Positions 1 to 9,047 of a DNA stretch of 40,000 nucleotides are shown in pieces. Position 1 is the first letter of the stretch. Every line of letters begins with the position of its first letter. The notes below the pieces were generated by a model. The model was given only the letters and a program-made list of their open reading frames with translations. It was not told where the DNA came from and searched no databases. This stretch comes from Halomonas zincidurans B6. GTDB taxonomy: Bacteria > Pseudomonadota > Gammaproteobacteria > Pseudomonadales > Halomonadaceae. The stretch is from NCBI RefSeq assembly GCF_000731955.1, contig NZ_JNCK01000001.1, positions 624,676 to 664,675 of the forward strand, in the 5' to 3' direction. Both the position numbers and the translations under genes were made by a program.

Positions 1-2
1 CG

Positions 3-1568
3 ATCGGGGCGATCTTCCCACTGCTGGTGCTGGTCGGGTTGGCGTATGCCTTCTTCGGCTCGCTGATACCCGGCGCGCTGGGGCATCGCGGCTTCGGCCT
101 GGCCTTCGTCACCGAAACGCTCTATCTCGGCGATCTGGGCGTCTGGGGCATGCTGGTCGGCGTGGCGGCGACGACGATCGCTGCCTTCGTGCTGTTCGGC
201 TGTCTGCTGTTGCACACCGGCGGCGGTCAGGCTTTCATGGACCTGGCCCTGCGCATCAGCGGGCGCTCGCCGGGCGGGGCGGCCAAGGTGGCCACGGTCG
301 CCTCGGGACTGTTCGGCATGGTCAGCGGCAGCGCGGTGGCCAACGTCGCGACCACCGGCAATTTCACCATCCCCATGATGAAGCGGCTGTCCTACCCGGC
401 GCCCTTCGCCGCCGGGGTCGAGGCCGTGGCTTCGACGGGCGGCCAGGTGGCGCCGCCGATCCTCGGCGCGGCGGCTTTCATCATGGCCGAGATCCTCGGC
501 GAGAGTTACGTGCGTATTGCGCTGGCCGCGCTGTTGCCGGCGATCCTGTTCTATCTGGGCGTGTTCCTGACCATCCATCTGGTGGCGAGACGCCGTCAAT
601 TGCGGGTCGTTCCGGAAGACGAACTGCCGGCCTGGCGGGATGTCCTGCGCCCCGGCCGGCTGGTGCCGGTACTCGCTGCGCTCGGCGGGCTTTTCTACGG
701 GGTGCTCAGTGGCCGCTCGATCCAGACGGCGGCCTTCTTCGGGATCCTGATGACCGTGGTCAGTTATACCGGCTTCGCATTGGCCGGCGGCGCCGGGCTG
801 CGCGACGTCGCGGCCAAGCTGCTCGCGGGCTTGATCGACGCGGGCAAGGGCATGGTGATCATCGGCGCGCTGCTGGCCGGGGCGCAGATACTGGTGGCGA
901 TGATCGGCTTGACCGGGATCGGCGTGACCCTGGCCGGATTGATCGTCGACCTGGGCGGTCAATCGCTGTTTCTGGTGGCGCTCATCGTCGGCGGCGTGTG
1001 CTTGATTCTCGGCATGGGGATCCCCACCACGGCGGCCTATGTGCTGGTCGCGTCGGTGCTGGCGCCGGCGCTGACCGAGATCGGCGTCGAGCCGCTGATT
1101 GCTCACCTGTTCGTCTTCTACTTCGCGACGCTGTCGGTGATCACGCCGCCGGTGTGTGTCGCGGTCTTCGTCGGCGCGGGGATCGCCCAGACCAATTGGC
1201 TGCCGGCGGCCGGCGAGGCCATGCGCCTGGCCGCGGCGATCTACGTGATCCCTTTCCTGCTGTTGATCTATCCCTCGCTGGCCGGCTTCGGAGGGTGGCT
1301 CGACATCCTGTTGGCGGCGGTTCAGGGCACGGTCTTCGTGATCGCCTTCGCCACCCTGATGGCGCGCACCGCGCTGACCGGAAGCCGGGCGCTTGACGTC
1401 CTGGCGTTGCTGGTCGTCGTTGCCCTGGCCTTGACTCCGGGTTGGGCGAGCACGCTGGCATCAGTGCTGGCGCTTGGCGTTCTCTACGCGCGCCAGCGTA
1501 GTCGCCGGCCGCTATCGGACGACACGCTGGGTGCGGTGGGTGAGCCGCCCGGGGAGCGGCGGCCATGA
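3..1568 (+). CDS. TRAP transporter fused permease subunit (TAXI-type 4TM/12TM fusion), 5' end cut by the window edge
   Basis: The reading frame is open to base 3. The product is very hydrophobic, with motifs GLFGMVSGSAVANVATTGNFTIPMMKR and VASTGGQVAPPILGAAAFIMAE that I recognise from fused TRAP permeases. The stop overlaps the next start (ATGA at 1565-1568). Confidence 0.8.
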   Translation: MGAIFPLLVLVGLAYAFFGSLIPGALGHRGFGLAFVTETLYLGDLGVWGMLVGVAATTIAAFVLFGCLLLHTGGGQAFMDLALRISGRSPGGAAKVATVASGLFGMVSGSAVANVATTGNFTIPMMKRLSYPAPFAAGVEAVASTGGQVAPPILGAAAFIMAEILGESYVRIALAALLPAILFYLGVFLTIHLVARRRQLRVVPEDELPAWRDVLRPGRLVPVLAALGGLFYGVLSGRSIQTAAFFGILMTVVSYTGFALAGGAGLRDVAAKLLAGLIDAGKGMVIIGALLAGAQILVAMIGLTGIGVTLAGLIVDLGGQSLFLVALIVGGVCLILGMGIPTTAAYVLVASVLAPALTEIGVEPLIAHLFVFYFATLSVITPPVCVAVFVGAGIAQTNWLPAAGEAMRLAAAIYVIPFLLLIYPSLAGFGGWLDILLAAVQGTVFVIAFATLMARTALTGSRALDVLALLVVVALALTPGWASTLASVLALGVLYARQRSRRPLSDDTLGAVGEPPGERRP

Positions 1569-2944
1569 GCTTCCTACTGGGTAGCGGAGCCGGGTTTTCC
1601 GGCGATCGTACCGATGCGGCGACGCCCGTGGTCGCGGAGCTGATCCGGCGCGGACAGCCTGCCGCGCTGATCTTCGAGACGCTGGGAGAGCGCACGCTGG
1701 CGGCCGCCCATCGGGCGATGCGCGAGGATCCACAGGCCGGCTTCGAACCATTGCTCGAGGAGTTGCTGGAGCCGGTCCTGGCCGACTGCCAGCGCCACGG
1801 AATCGCCATTCTCGGCAACTTCGGTGCCGCCAATGTCGCTGGCGCCTGCCGTGTGGTCGGGGAGCTGGCCGCGCATCAGGGCTGCGATGGGCTGCGCATC
1901 GGCCGGGTTCATGGCGACGACGTACGCGACCGGCTCGAGTCCCTCGACCTCGAACCCTGGGAAGCCGAGACGCGCACGCTGCCGACGGGCGAGTCGCTGA
2001 TTTCGGCGAATGTCTACCTGGGCGCGGCGGCACTGGTGCAGGCGCTCGAGCAGGGCGCCGATGTGGTGGTGACCGGCCGAGTCGCCGATCCGGCGCTGTT
2101 TCTGGCGCCTCTGGTTCGCCACCATGGCTGGGCATGGGACGATTGGGATCGGCTCGCCGCGGGGATGATGGCCGGTCACCTGGGGGAATGCGGGGCGCAG
2201 GTGAGCGGCGGCTACTTCGCCGACCCGGGGCTCAAGGAGGTCGCCGAACTGGCGACCCTTGGCTATCCGATCATCGAGGTCGAGGCGGATGGCCGGCTGG
2301 TCATCACCAAGCCGGCCGGTACCGGCGGCTGCATCGATGCGCGCACCGTCAAGGAACAACTGCTCTACGAAGTGCACGATCCGGCGCACTACCTGACGCC
2401 CGACGTGGTCGTCGATCTGACCCATGTCGTGATCAACGAACTGGGGCGGGACCGGGTCGAGGTCCTCGGCATCCGGGGCAAGCCGGCACCGGCCCGGCTC
2501 AAGACCACGGTGTGCTACGACGGCGGATGGCAGGGCGAAGCCGAGATTTCCTACGCGGGGCCCAACGCGCTGGCCCGGGCGCGTCTGGCGGTGTCGGTGT
2601 TGCAGGAACGGCTGCGCTTCAGGGCACCCGCCGAGCTGCGCACGCGACTGGACATCATCGGTCACACGAGTGTCTTCGACGACGATTCGGGCCATCTGCG
2701 CCGCCAGTGCCGGCCCACCGACCCGGCAGGCGACTATAGAGTGCGGCTGGCCTGCGAACATGCCGAGCGGCGCTGGGTCGAACGCGCCACCCAGGAGCTG
2801 TTGGCCTTGTACTGCGCCGGTCCCGCCGGCGGCGGCGGGGTCCGACGGCACTTTCAGCGCCGCGTGCACACCGCGTCGTTCCTGGTCAGGCGCGACGATG
2901 TCACGGCCCGCGCCTCGCTCTACGAGGATGCCACCCATGAGTGA
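1565..2944 (+). CDS. AtuA-like protein (DUF1446, acyclic terpene utilisation family)
   Basis: This is a 459-aa ORF. The N-terminal GSGAGFSGDR and the overall sequence are recognisable as the DUF1446/AtuA family. It is translationally coupled to both neighbouring genes. Confidence 0.7.
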   Translation: MSFLLGSGAGFSGDRTDAATPVVAELIRRGQPAALIFETLGERTLAAAHRAMREDPQAGFEPLLEELLEPVLADCQRHGIAILGNFGAANVAGACRVVGELAAHQGCDGLRIGRVHGDDVRDRLESLDLEPWEAETRTLPTGESLISANVYLGAAALVQALEQGADVVVTGRVADPALFLAPLVRHHGWAWDDWDRLAAGMMAGHLGECGAQVSGGYFADPGLKEVAELATLGYPIIEVEADGRLVITKPAGTGGCIDARTVKEQLLYEVHDPAHYLTPDVVVDLTHVVINELGRDRVEVLGIRGKPAPARLKTTVCYDGGWQGEAEISYAGPNALARARLAVSVLQERLRFRAPAELRTRLDIIGHTSVFDDDSGHLRRQCRPTDPAGDYRVRLACEHAERRWVERATQELLALYCAGPAGGGGVRRHFQRRVHTASFLVRRDDVTARASLYEDATHE

Positions 2945-3329
2945 CACCGCACTCGACGCAGCGCACGACGGGGGCGGTGGCGTCACCGTCACGCTGCACC
3001 AGCTCGCCCACTCCCGCGCCGGCGACAAGGGCGATCGTCTCAATCTATCGCTTTTCGCCTACGATCCTCGTCATTATGCGACATTGCTCGAACAGATCAC
3101 CGAGCCGCGGGTATTGGCGCTATTCGCTTACCGTGGCGCGAGTCGGGTGCGGCGCTATCCGATGCCGGGGTTGGCCGGCATGAACCTGGTGATCGACGAC
3201 GTACTTCAGGGCGGCGTCAACGGCGCGCTCAATCTCGACGGGCATGGCAAGACGCTGTCTTTCCTGCTGCTGGGGCTGACCGTCACGTTGCCACGACCCT
3301 TGTTGCCGGAGCGGTTGCTGGTGAAATGA
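2937..3329 (+). CDS. Small DUF4387-like partner of AtuA-like proteins
   Basis: An in-frame ATG at 2937 lies inside track ORF 2670..3329 (MSDTALDAAHDGGGG...). It overlaps the upstream stop codon region by 8 nt. The HQLAHSRAGDKGDRLNLSLFAY region is typical of the ~130-aa protein that follows DUF1446 genes. Confidence 0.6.
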   Translation: MSDTALDAAHDGGGGVTVTLHQLAHSRAGDKGDRLNLSLFAYDPRHYATLLEQITEPRVLALFAYRGASRVRRYPMPGLAGMNLVIDDVLQGGVNGALNLDGHGKTLSFLLLGLTVTLPRPLLPERLLVK

Positions 3330-3347
3330 TCCCATGCGCAGGAACGA

Positions 3348-3369
3348 ACGCCGTCCGCAGGGGCGGCGT
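3348..3369. terminator. GC-rich hairpin between convergent genes (possible bidirectional terminator)
   Basis: The stem is ACGCCG...CGGCGT with extra inner pairs (tcc/ggg). It lies between the DUF4387-like stop (3329) and the narK stop (3393). There is no strong U-tract. Confidence 0.3.
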
Positions 3370-3392
3370 GCTTCGTCTGAGTTGGCCGGAGT

Positions 3393-4742
3393 TCAGCGAA
3401 GCGACAGGGCCGCAGTGGCGGTCTCGCCGGACGCAGTGCGGTAGGCGTCGTCTTCCTCGGCGAGCACCTGCGGCGAGAAGCGCACCAGGAAGGTGAAGAA
3501 GGATGCCAGCATCACCGCCATGCCCAGGTACAGAAGGCCCTGCTGGTAGCTCAGCGATTCGGCGCGAAACAGAAAGCCGGCGGCGACGGCTCCGGCATTG
3601 CCGCCGGCGCCGACGATGCCCGCTACCGCGCCCAGGGCGTTGCGGTTGACGAAGGGCACCACGCCGAAGGTGGCACCCTCGGCCATCTGCACGAACAGGC
3701 TGAACACCAGCATGATGCCGATGGCCACGGCGAGTACCTGCATCTGGGCGAAGAACATTAGCGCGATGGCCTCGCAGAACATGGCGATGAACAGCCAGCG
3801 CACCCGGCCCTTGAGGCCGCCGTGGCGGGCGAAGAGATCCGAGAACACGCCGCCCAGGGTGCGCGCGAACAGGTTCATCAGGCCGAACAGCCCGGCGATC
3901 AGGCCGGCGGTGGCCAGGTCGAGTTCGAAATTGTCGAAGAAGTAGATGGCGGCGATGTTATTGATGGTCAGCTCGACGCCGAAGCAGGCGGCGTAGACCA
4001 CGAACAGCGCCCAGACTCGAACGTCCCGGGCGGCCGCGCCGAAGGTGCTGCGCATGCTGTATTCCTTCTCGGCACGCGGCAGTTCGCCGCGCTCACGCAA
4101 CTCGTCGAAGTTGCCGTCCGGCGCATCCTGGGTCAGGCAGTAGTACGCGATGCCGGTCAGGAACAGCACGATCCCCGGAACCACCATCGCCAGGCGCCAA
4201 CCCAGCGTGGCTTCCACGCCCAGCATCAGGATGCCGGCGAATATCAGCGGCATGAGGATCTGTGTGGTGCCGCCGCCCAGGTTGCCCCAGCCGGCGGTGG
4301 TGGCGTTGGCGGTACCCACCACGTTGGGACCGAACATCACCGAGGTGTGATATTGGGTGATGACGAACGAGGCGCCGATCGCGCCGATCGCCAGGCGCGC
4401 CAGGAAGAAGCTTTCGAAGCTGTCGGCGAAGCCGATCATCATCACCGGCAGCGAGCCCAGGCACAAAAGCCAGGTATAGGCCTTGCGCGGGCCGATCTTG
4501 TCGCAGAGCACGCCGATCGCCAGACGCACGATGACGGTGATCGCTACCGAGGCAATGATGGTGTTGCCGATCTGGGTCTTGGTCAGGCCAAGATCGTCGC
4601 GCACCACTGCCATCAACGGGGCGATGCCGAACCAGCCGAAGAAGCAGATATGGAAGGCGAACCACGAAAGGTGGAAAGCCCGCATTTGCGGACTCTTGAA
4701 GCTGAACAGACGAATCCTGTTGGCTTTGTTGCGAATGTCCAT
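3393..4742 (-). CDS. narK: MFS nitrate/nitrite transporter (NarK/NasA family)
   Basis: The product is a polytopic MFS protein. MDIRNKANRIRLFSFKSPQMRAFHLSWFAFHICFFGWFGIAPLM is a typical NarK N-terminus. I placed the start at ATG 4742 (MDIRNK), because the track ORF extends upstream to 4910 through an Arg/Pro-rich, non-NarK-like stretch. ATG 4760 is an alternative start. Confidence 0.8.
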   Translation of the reverse strand: MDIRNKANRIRLFSFKSPQMRAFHLSWFAFHICFFGWFGIAPLMAVVRDDLGLTKTQIGNTIIASVAITVIVRLAIGVLCDKIGPRKAYTWLLCLGSLPVMMIGFADSFESFFLARLAIGAIGASFVITQYHTSVMFGPNVVGTANATTAGWGNLGGGTTQILMPLIFAGILMLGVEATLGWRLAMVVPGIVLFLTGIAYYCLTQDAPDGNFDELRERGELPRAEKEYSMRSTFGAAARDVRVWALFVVYAACFGVELTINNIAAIYFFDNFELDLATAGLIAGLFGLMNLFARTLGGVFSDLFARHGGLKGRVRWLFIAMFCEAIALMFFAQMQVLAVAIGIMLVFSLFVQMAEGATFGVVPFVNRNALGAVAGIVGAGGNAGAVAAGFLFRAESLSYQQGLLYLGMAVMLASFFTFLVRFSPQVLAEEDDAYRTASGETATAALSLR

Positions 4743-5081
4743 AAGTCGGTCGGTCCTCATCGAGTCGTGTCGAACGCGGGATGGATCTTCGTCATTGAAG
4801 GTCCGGGGCCGACGCACTCGTACTCGCGGGGTCAAGCCTGGTCCACGTCGGTCTGCCAGGAATAAAGCATCAGCCGTGCCAATCTCCAGCGATGCTTCTC
4901 TTTCAGTCATTTGCGAACCATTTGATGGCTGTCGCGCGGCTTCGCTCGATCCTCGAAGCGCTGCTTTGGCGCATCCGGCGAGGCGGTTGCGCTATGAAAA
5001 GACGTCTTGGCAGATAACGTGCAGGTGGCGGGGAAGAGGACTTCGGCGCTTTGAACGCGGGAACTGGATGGTGGTGGAAAC

Positions 5082-5110
5082 GAAGACGCCCCGCGATGCG
5101 GGGCGTCTTC
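5082..5110 (-). terminator. Intrinsic terminator-like hairpin downstream of the M23 peptidase gene
   Basis: A perfect 13-bp stem GAAGACGCCCCGC-gat-GCGGGGCGTCTTC lies 22 nt after the stop at 5132. On the minus strand it is followed by GTTTCC. Confidence 0.55.
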
Positions 5111-5131
5111 ATCAACAGTATGGCCTTTCCA

Positions 5132-6868
5132 TCAACTGTCGTCGGGGTTTCTCTTGCTCGGCGTCGAGGCGCGAGCCAGCTGAGCGTCGCCGCTGGTTTC
5201 GAGCTTGGCCAGCAGTTGCTGGGACTGTTGCTTGAAGGCCGCCAGAGCCTGCCCGGACAGACTCTGGTTCTCGGGTAACTTGACGCGCATCGCATCCACG
5301 GCACGGTTGTTGACCATCACCTCGTAATGCAGGCTCGGCCCGGTGGCGTTTCCGGTGCTGCCGGAAAGGGCAATTTTCTCGCCCATCTTGACGCGGTCCC
5401 CTTCCGAGACGTAACGCTTGGAAAGGTGCATGTAACGCGTCTTGTAGCCGTTGTCGTGACGGATGACCATGTAATAGCCGGCGCCATTGGCCTGGTAAGC
5501 AGACTTGATGACGCGCCCGGCGCCAGCCGATTCGATGGGCGTGCCGGTAGGCACGGCGAAATCCGTGCCGCGATGCGGCGTGATGCGTCCGGTGACGGGA
5601 TGTTTGCGGCGCAAGTTGTACGATGAGCTGACCCGGTAGTTGCCGTCGAAAGGATAGCGATTGAACGCCGGGTCCAGGCTTCGCCCGTCGGGGGTGTAGA
5701 AGCGATCGTCCTTCGGATTGCGAACGACTGTCAGCTCGGTCCGCGCGCCTTCGTATCTAGCCGCCAGAATGCGCGAGTCCAGTGCCTTGCCCTCAATCAT
5801 GTCCGCTTCGACCAGCACCTGGAAACGATCGCCGCGGCGTGTATCGCGACGAAAATCAATCTTCTTGGCCAATAGGTTGCTGAGCTCTGCCACCTCGCTG
5901 GAGGACAGCCCGGTGGCACTTGCCGAACCGGCAAAGCTGCCACTGACCGTTCCGGCAAACAGCCGCTGGGTAGCTTCGCCGGCCTTATCGATATTGGCGA
6001 CCTCAAACGTGTGCTGCTCGGCATCGCGCTCGATGAGGTAGCCCGAACGGGCATCCTTCATCACGCGCAGGGCCAGCAGTTGACCTTCTTCATCGAGCTG
6101 AAAGTCGATGTTGTCGCCGGCACGCCAGTTGGTCAGCGGCTTGTCGTCCGGTAGCGCATCCAGCAGGCGCAGCACTTCGCTGTACTCCAGGCCGAAGGTA
6201 CGCTCGGCCATGACTGCGAAGGTGTCGCCCTGTTGAACGGTATAGGTTTCCCACTGCGGGACGAAGTCTTCCTTGGCGACGATCTCGTTCTCGAGTTCGA
6301 TTTTGCCGTCATCGAGAATCAGCGAGTCCGAAGAGAGAAATTCGTGGGAAGCGCCGCTGTCGAGTTCGCCCTCGATTGCGTCAGCGTCGAACAGTTGTCG
6401 CGCAATCTTGAGTGTCTGAATGTCGAGGGCGGCGTCATTTTCCTCGCTACCGGGCTGCGTGGCCGGAGCCGGCTGGGCGGGGGCGTTGGCCACTGCCGCA
6501 GGCGTCTGCGGCTGAAGTACCGTGAGATCGGCAGAAGCGTTGGGCTCTCGGGCTTCGGCGGTCTCGATGAAATTCAGGTCGACGATTTCCTGAGTCGTCA
6601 GGGCGACCAGGGGAATATCCCGACCGATCAGGCTGGAACTGGATGGTTGGAGATTTTTGGAAACAGCCTGATCGAGCGCCTGGGTATTGACTACCGAGGT
6701 CGGGGCGGCGATAGCAAGATTGACTGGCTTATTCATGCCGTTAGTAACATCGGTTTCGTTCAGAGCGGCCAAAATCTTGTACGTGCCCAGCACAGTAACC
6801 ATGGTGGCGACGGGTAGCAGCAGCAACTTGTGCGTGCGGGGCAGCGAATGGAAAATTCGCAACATCAT
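5132..6868 (-). CDS. Peptidoglycan DD-metalloendopeptidase, M23 family with OapA/LysM-like domain (MepM/YebA-like)
   Basis: The C-terminal M23 signature is HRGTDFAVPTGTPI...YMHLS...GSTGNATGPSLHYEV. A LysM/OapA-like segment reads YTVQQGDTFAVMAERTFG, and there is an N-terminal membrane anchor. The start is uncertain: ATG 6868 or 6865 (MMLRIFHSLPRTH aligns with the MepM N-terminus), or 6928. Confidence 0.8.
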   Translation of the reverse strand: MMLRIFHSLPRTHKLLLLPVATMVTVLGTYKILAALNETDVTNGMNKPVNLAIAAPTSVVNTQALDQAVSKNLQPSSSSLIGRDIPLVALTTQEIVDLNFIETAEAREPNASADLTVLQPQTPAAVANAPAQPAPATQPGSEENDAALDIQTLKIARQLFDADAIEGELDSGASHEFLSSDSLILDDGKIELENEIVAKEDFVPQWETYTVQQGDTFAVMAERTFGLEYSEVLRLLDALPDDKPLTNWRAGDNIDFQLDEEGQLLALRVMKDARSGYLIERDAEQHTFEVANIDKAGEATQRLFAGTVSGSFAGSASATGLSSSEVAELSNLLAKKIDFRRDTRRGDRFQVLVEADMIEGKALDSRILAARYEGARTELTVVRNPKDDRFYTPDGRSLDPAFNRYPFDGNYRVSSSYNLRRKHPVTGRITPHRGTDFAVPTGTPIESAGAGRVIKSAYQANGAGYYMVIRHDNGYKTRYMHLSKRYVSEGDRVKMGEKIALSGSTGNATGPSLHYEVMVNNRAVDAMRVKLPENQSLSGQALAAFKQQSQQLLAKLETSGDAQLARASTPSKRNPDDS

Positions 6869-7118
6869 AAAGGGCCTAGGTGCATGTAAATGGAGGAAAA
6901 AACCCATGCACCATAACGCATGACTCATAGCATGCCTAGCCTGTGTGAATGTACAGGCTTTAAACCCTTGGCCAACGGCTACTCTTTACCAACAATTAGT
7001 TACCATGGTGCTACATGGCTCGTCCTTCAACTCTTTCCTTGCAAAGGACAGCGCGCCGCTTCGGAGGCGATGCAAACGTTGTCACGAATTGGATAGGGCA
7101 TTACTGACGAGTCGGCAC

Positions 7119-7952
7119 TCACTGGGCCAGCGTGCCGTCGCGATAGTCGCGTAATGCCTGGTCGAGTTCCTCGCGCTGATTCATCACGAAAGGGCCATAA
7201 TGCGCGATCGGCTCGCCATGTGGATGGCCAGCCAATAGCAATACCTGCGCGCCTGAATGGCTGGACAATGTCAGCGTTTCGCCCGCATTCAGGCTGGCCA
7301 GTCGCTGCGCGGAAACCGTCTGGCCGGCTATCTGCAATTCGCCTTCGAAGACATACGCCAGCAGCGTCGGTGCATCCTGTTCCAAGGTTAGCGTCGCTCC
7401 CCCCTCGAGGCGAACATGGGCGATTCCGGCCTGCCCGGCCAGGGCATCCAGGGGCCCGTCGACAGCTTGAGTCGCGCTTGCCCAGTGTCCGCCCAGGGCG
7501 ATCAGCTCGCTGCCTTCCTCTTCGAGGTGCGGCATCTCCTCGCGCTTGATATCACGATAGGTAGCCGGACTGAGCTTGTCACGCGCAGCCAGGTTGATCC
7601 ATAGCTGGAAGGCATGGAGCCCGGCATGATCGGTCAGCGGCATTTCCGAGTGGATGATGCCGCGGCCGGTATGCATCCATTGGGCATCGCCGCTGCCAAT
7701 GGAGCTACTGTGGCCTAGATGGTCTTCGTGCATCAGCCCGCCATGCACGACGTAGGTCAATGTCTGGATGCCGCGGTGCGGATGCGGCGGGAACCCGCCG
7801 ATGTATTCATCGGGTTGCTCCGAACCCAGTTCGTCTAACATTAGAAAGGGGTCAAGCCCGCCGCCGAAATCGTGGACGCGGGAAATCTTGACACCATCGC
7901 CGTCCTGGCTGGGGTGGCTGGCAATAACACGGTTGATTGTGCGCTGCGGCAT
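7119..7952 (-). CDS. Pirin family protein
   Basis: The 277-aa product has the bicupin signature FPPHPHRGIQTLTYVVHGGLMHEDHLG and a C-terminal GPFVMN motif. Confidence 0.85.
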   Translation of the reverse strand: MPQRTINRVIASHPSQDGDGVKISRVHDFGGGLDPFLMLDELGSEQPDEYIGGFPPHPHRGIQTLTYVVHGGLMHEDHLGHSSSIGSGDAQWMHTGRGIIHSEMPLTDHAGLHAFQLWINLAARDKLSPATYRDIKREEMPHLEEEGSELIALGGHWASATQAVDGPLDALAGQAGIAHVRLEGGATLTLEQDAPTLLAYVFEGELQIAGQTVSAQRLASLNAGETLTLSSHSGAQVLLLAGHPHGEPIAHYGPFVMNQREELDQALRDYRDGTLAQ

Positions 7953-8048
7953 CGTCTTTACCTCGCGATAACGGAATGATTGTATTGTAGGACGACTTTT
8001 TCGAAGAATAAGCGCATAGTTTTGCTTGCTTCGTTCGAGGAAAACGAA

Positions 8049-8999
8049 ATGTCACGAGTGACCCTGGCTCAATGGCAGATGCTTGCAGCGGTCGTCGATC
8101 ACGGCGGCTTTGCCCGTGCGGCGGAGGCGATTCACAAGAGCCCCTCGACGCTCAATCACGCCGTGCACAAGCTCGAAGCGCAGCTTGGGGTGTCGATTCT
8201 CGAGCCGATCGGACGCCAGGTGCGGCTCACCGATGCGGGCGAGATGCTGTTGCGCCGGGCGCGCCAGTTGATCGAGAACGCCGCGGCACTGGAAGAGGTC
8301 GCCGAGAGCATGGCGGCGGGGTTGGAAGCGGAAGTGTCGCTGGCGATCGATCAGATATTCCCGCCCGATGCGCTGGCCGAAGCGCTTCAGCAGTTTTCCC
8401 GCAACTATCCGCACGTACGCGTCCAGTTGCACGAAACGGTGCTCAACGGCGGGGTCGAAATGCTCTACGACAAGCGTGCCGATCTGGTGATCTCGGGGCT
8501 CGCCGCTCAGGGCTTCCTCGGTGAGCCCCTGGTAACCCTGCGCTTTATCGCCGTTGCCCACCCCGCTCATCCGTTACATGCGCTGGCGCGTACCCTCGAC
8601 CTGCGCGATCTGATTCAGCATCGCCAACTGGTGGTGCGCGATTCGGCCTTGCGCCAGTCGATGGATGCCGGCTGGTTGAAGGCCGAGCAGCGCTGGACGG
8701 TCAGCCATCTGGCGACTTCGCTGGACATGCTCGAGCGTGGGCTGGGGTTTGCCTGGCTGCCCGAAACGCGCATACGGGAAGCGCTGACCGCTCGACGCCT
8801 GAAGCCGTTGCCATTGGCGGCAGGCGGTACCCGCGAGGTGCCCATGCAATTGATCTTCCAGGATCGCGACCGGGCCGGGCCGGCGACCCACGCCATGGCC
8901 CAGGCGCTTCATGCGGCCGTCAACACCTGCTGTCCCATCGATGACGATTCGTTTTATTCGAAAGAAAATGCGGAAAAATTGCAGAGTAGCGTCGAATGA
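8049..8999 (+). CDS. LysR-family transcriptional regulator, divergent from the pirin gene
   Basis: The N-terminal wHTH reads LAQWQMLAAVVDHGGFARAAEAIHKSPSTLNHAVHKLEAQLG, followed by a LysR substrate-binding domain. The start was chosen at ATG 8049 (MSRVTL). The gene is divergent from the pirin gene across a 96-bp gap. Confidence 0.8.
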   Translation: MSRVTLAQWQMLAAVVDHGGFARAAEAIHKSPSTLNHAVHKLEAQLGVSILEPIGRQVRLTDAGEMLLRRARQLIENAAALEEVAESMAAGLEAEVSLAIDQIFPPDALAEALQQFSRNYPHVRVQLHETVLNGGVEMLYDKRADLVISGLAAQGFLGEPLVTLRFIAVAHPAHPLHALARTLDLRDLIQHRQLVVRDSALRQSMDAGWLKAEQRWTVSHLATSLDMLERGLGFAWLPETRIREALTARRLKPLPLAAGGTREVPMQLIFQDRDRAGPATHAMAQALHAAVNTCCPIDDDSFYSKENAEKLQSSVE

Positions 9000-9047
9000 A
9001 TCGGTCTAAGCTGGCGTGAATCGCTTACTGCATTCAAGGAGACGACG

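Noticed and set aside
1574-3043. A 489-aa minus-strand ORF opposite the AtuA-like gene. Similar shadows occur at 3822-4865, 12263-13660, 13480-14691, 21685-22557, 22917-23927, 24059-25099, 25186-26568, 27265-28248, 35435-36733 and 37577-39118
   Set aside because: Each is antisense to a gene with clear family motifs, shows biased Arg/Pro/Ala/Gly composition, and lacks an RBS or any recognisable domain. All were treated as non-coding shadows.
6938-6959. A 7-bp stem hairpin AGCCTGT-gtgaatgt-ACAGGCT upstream of the M23 peptidase gene
   Set aside because: The stem is short, has no U-tract, and falls within the region affected by the start-codon ambiguity of the peptidase gene. There is too little evidence to call a regulatory element.
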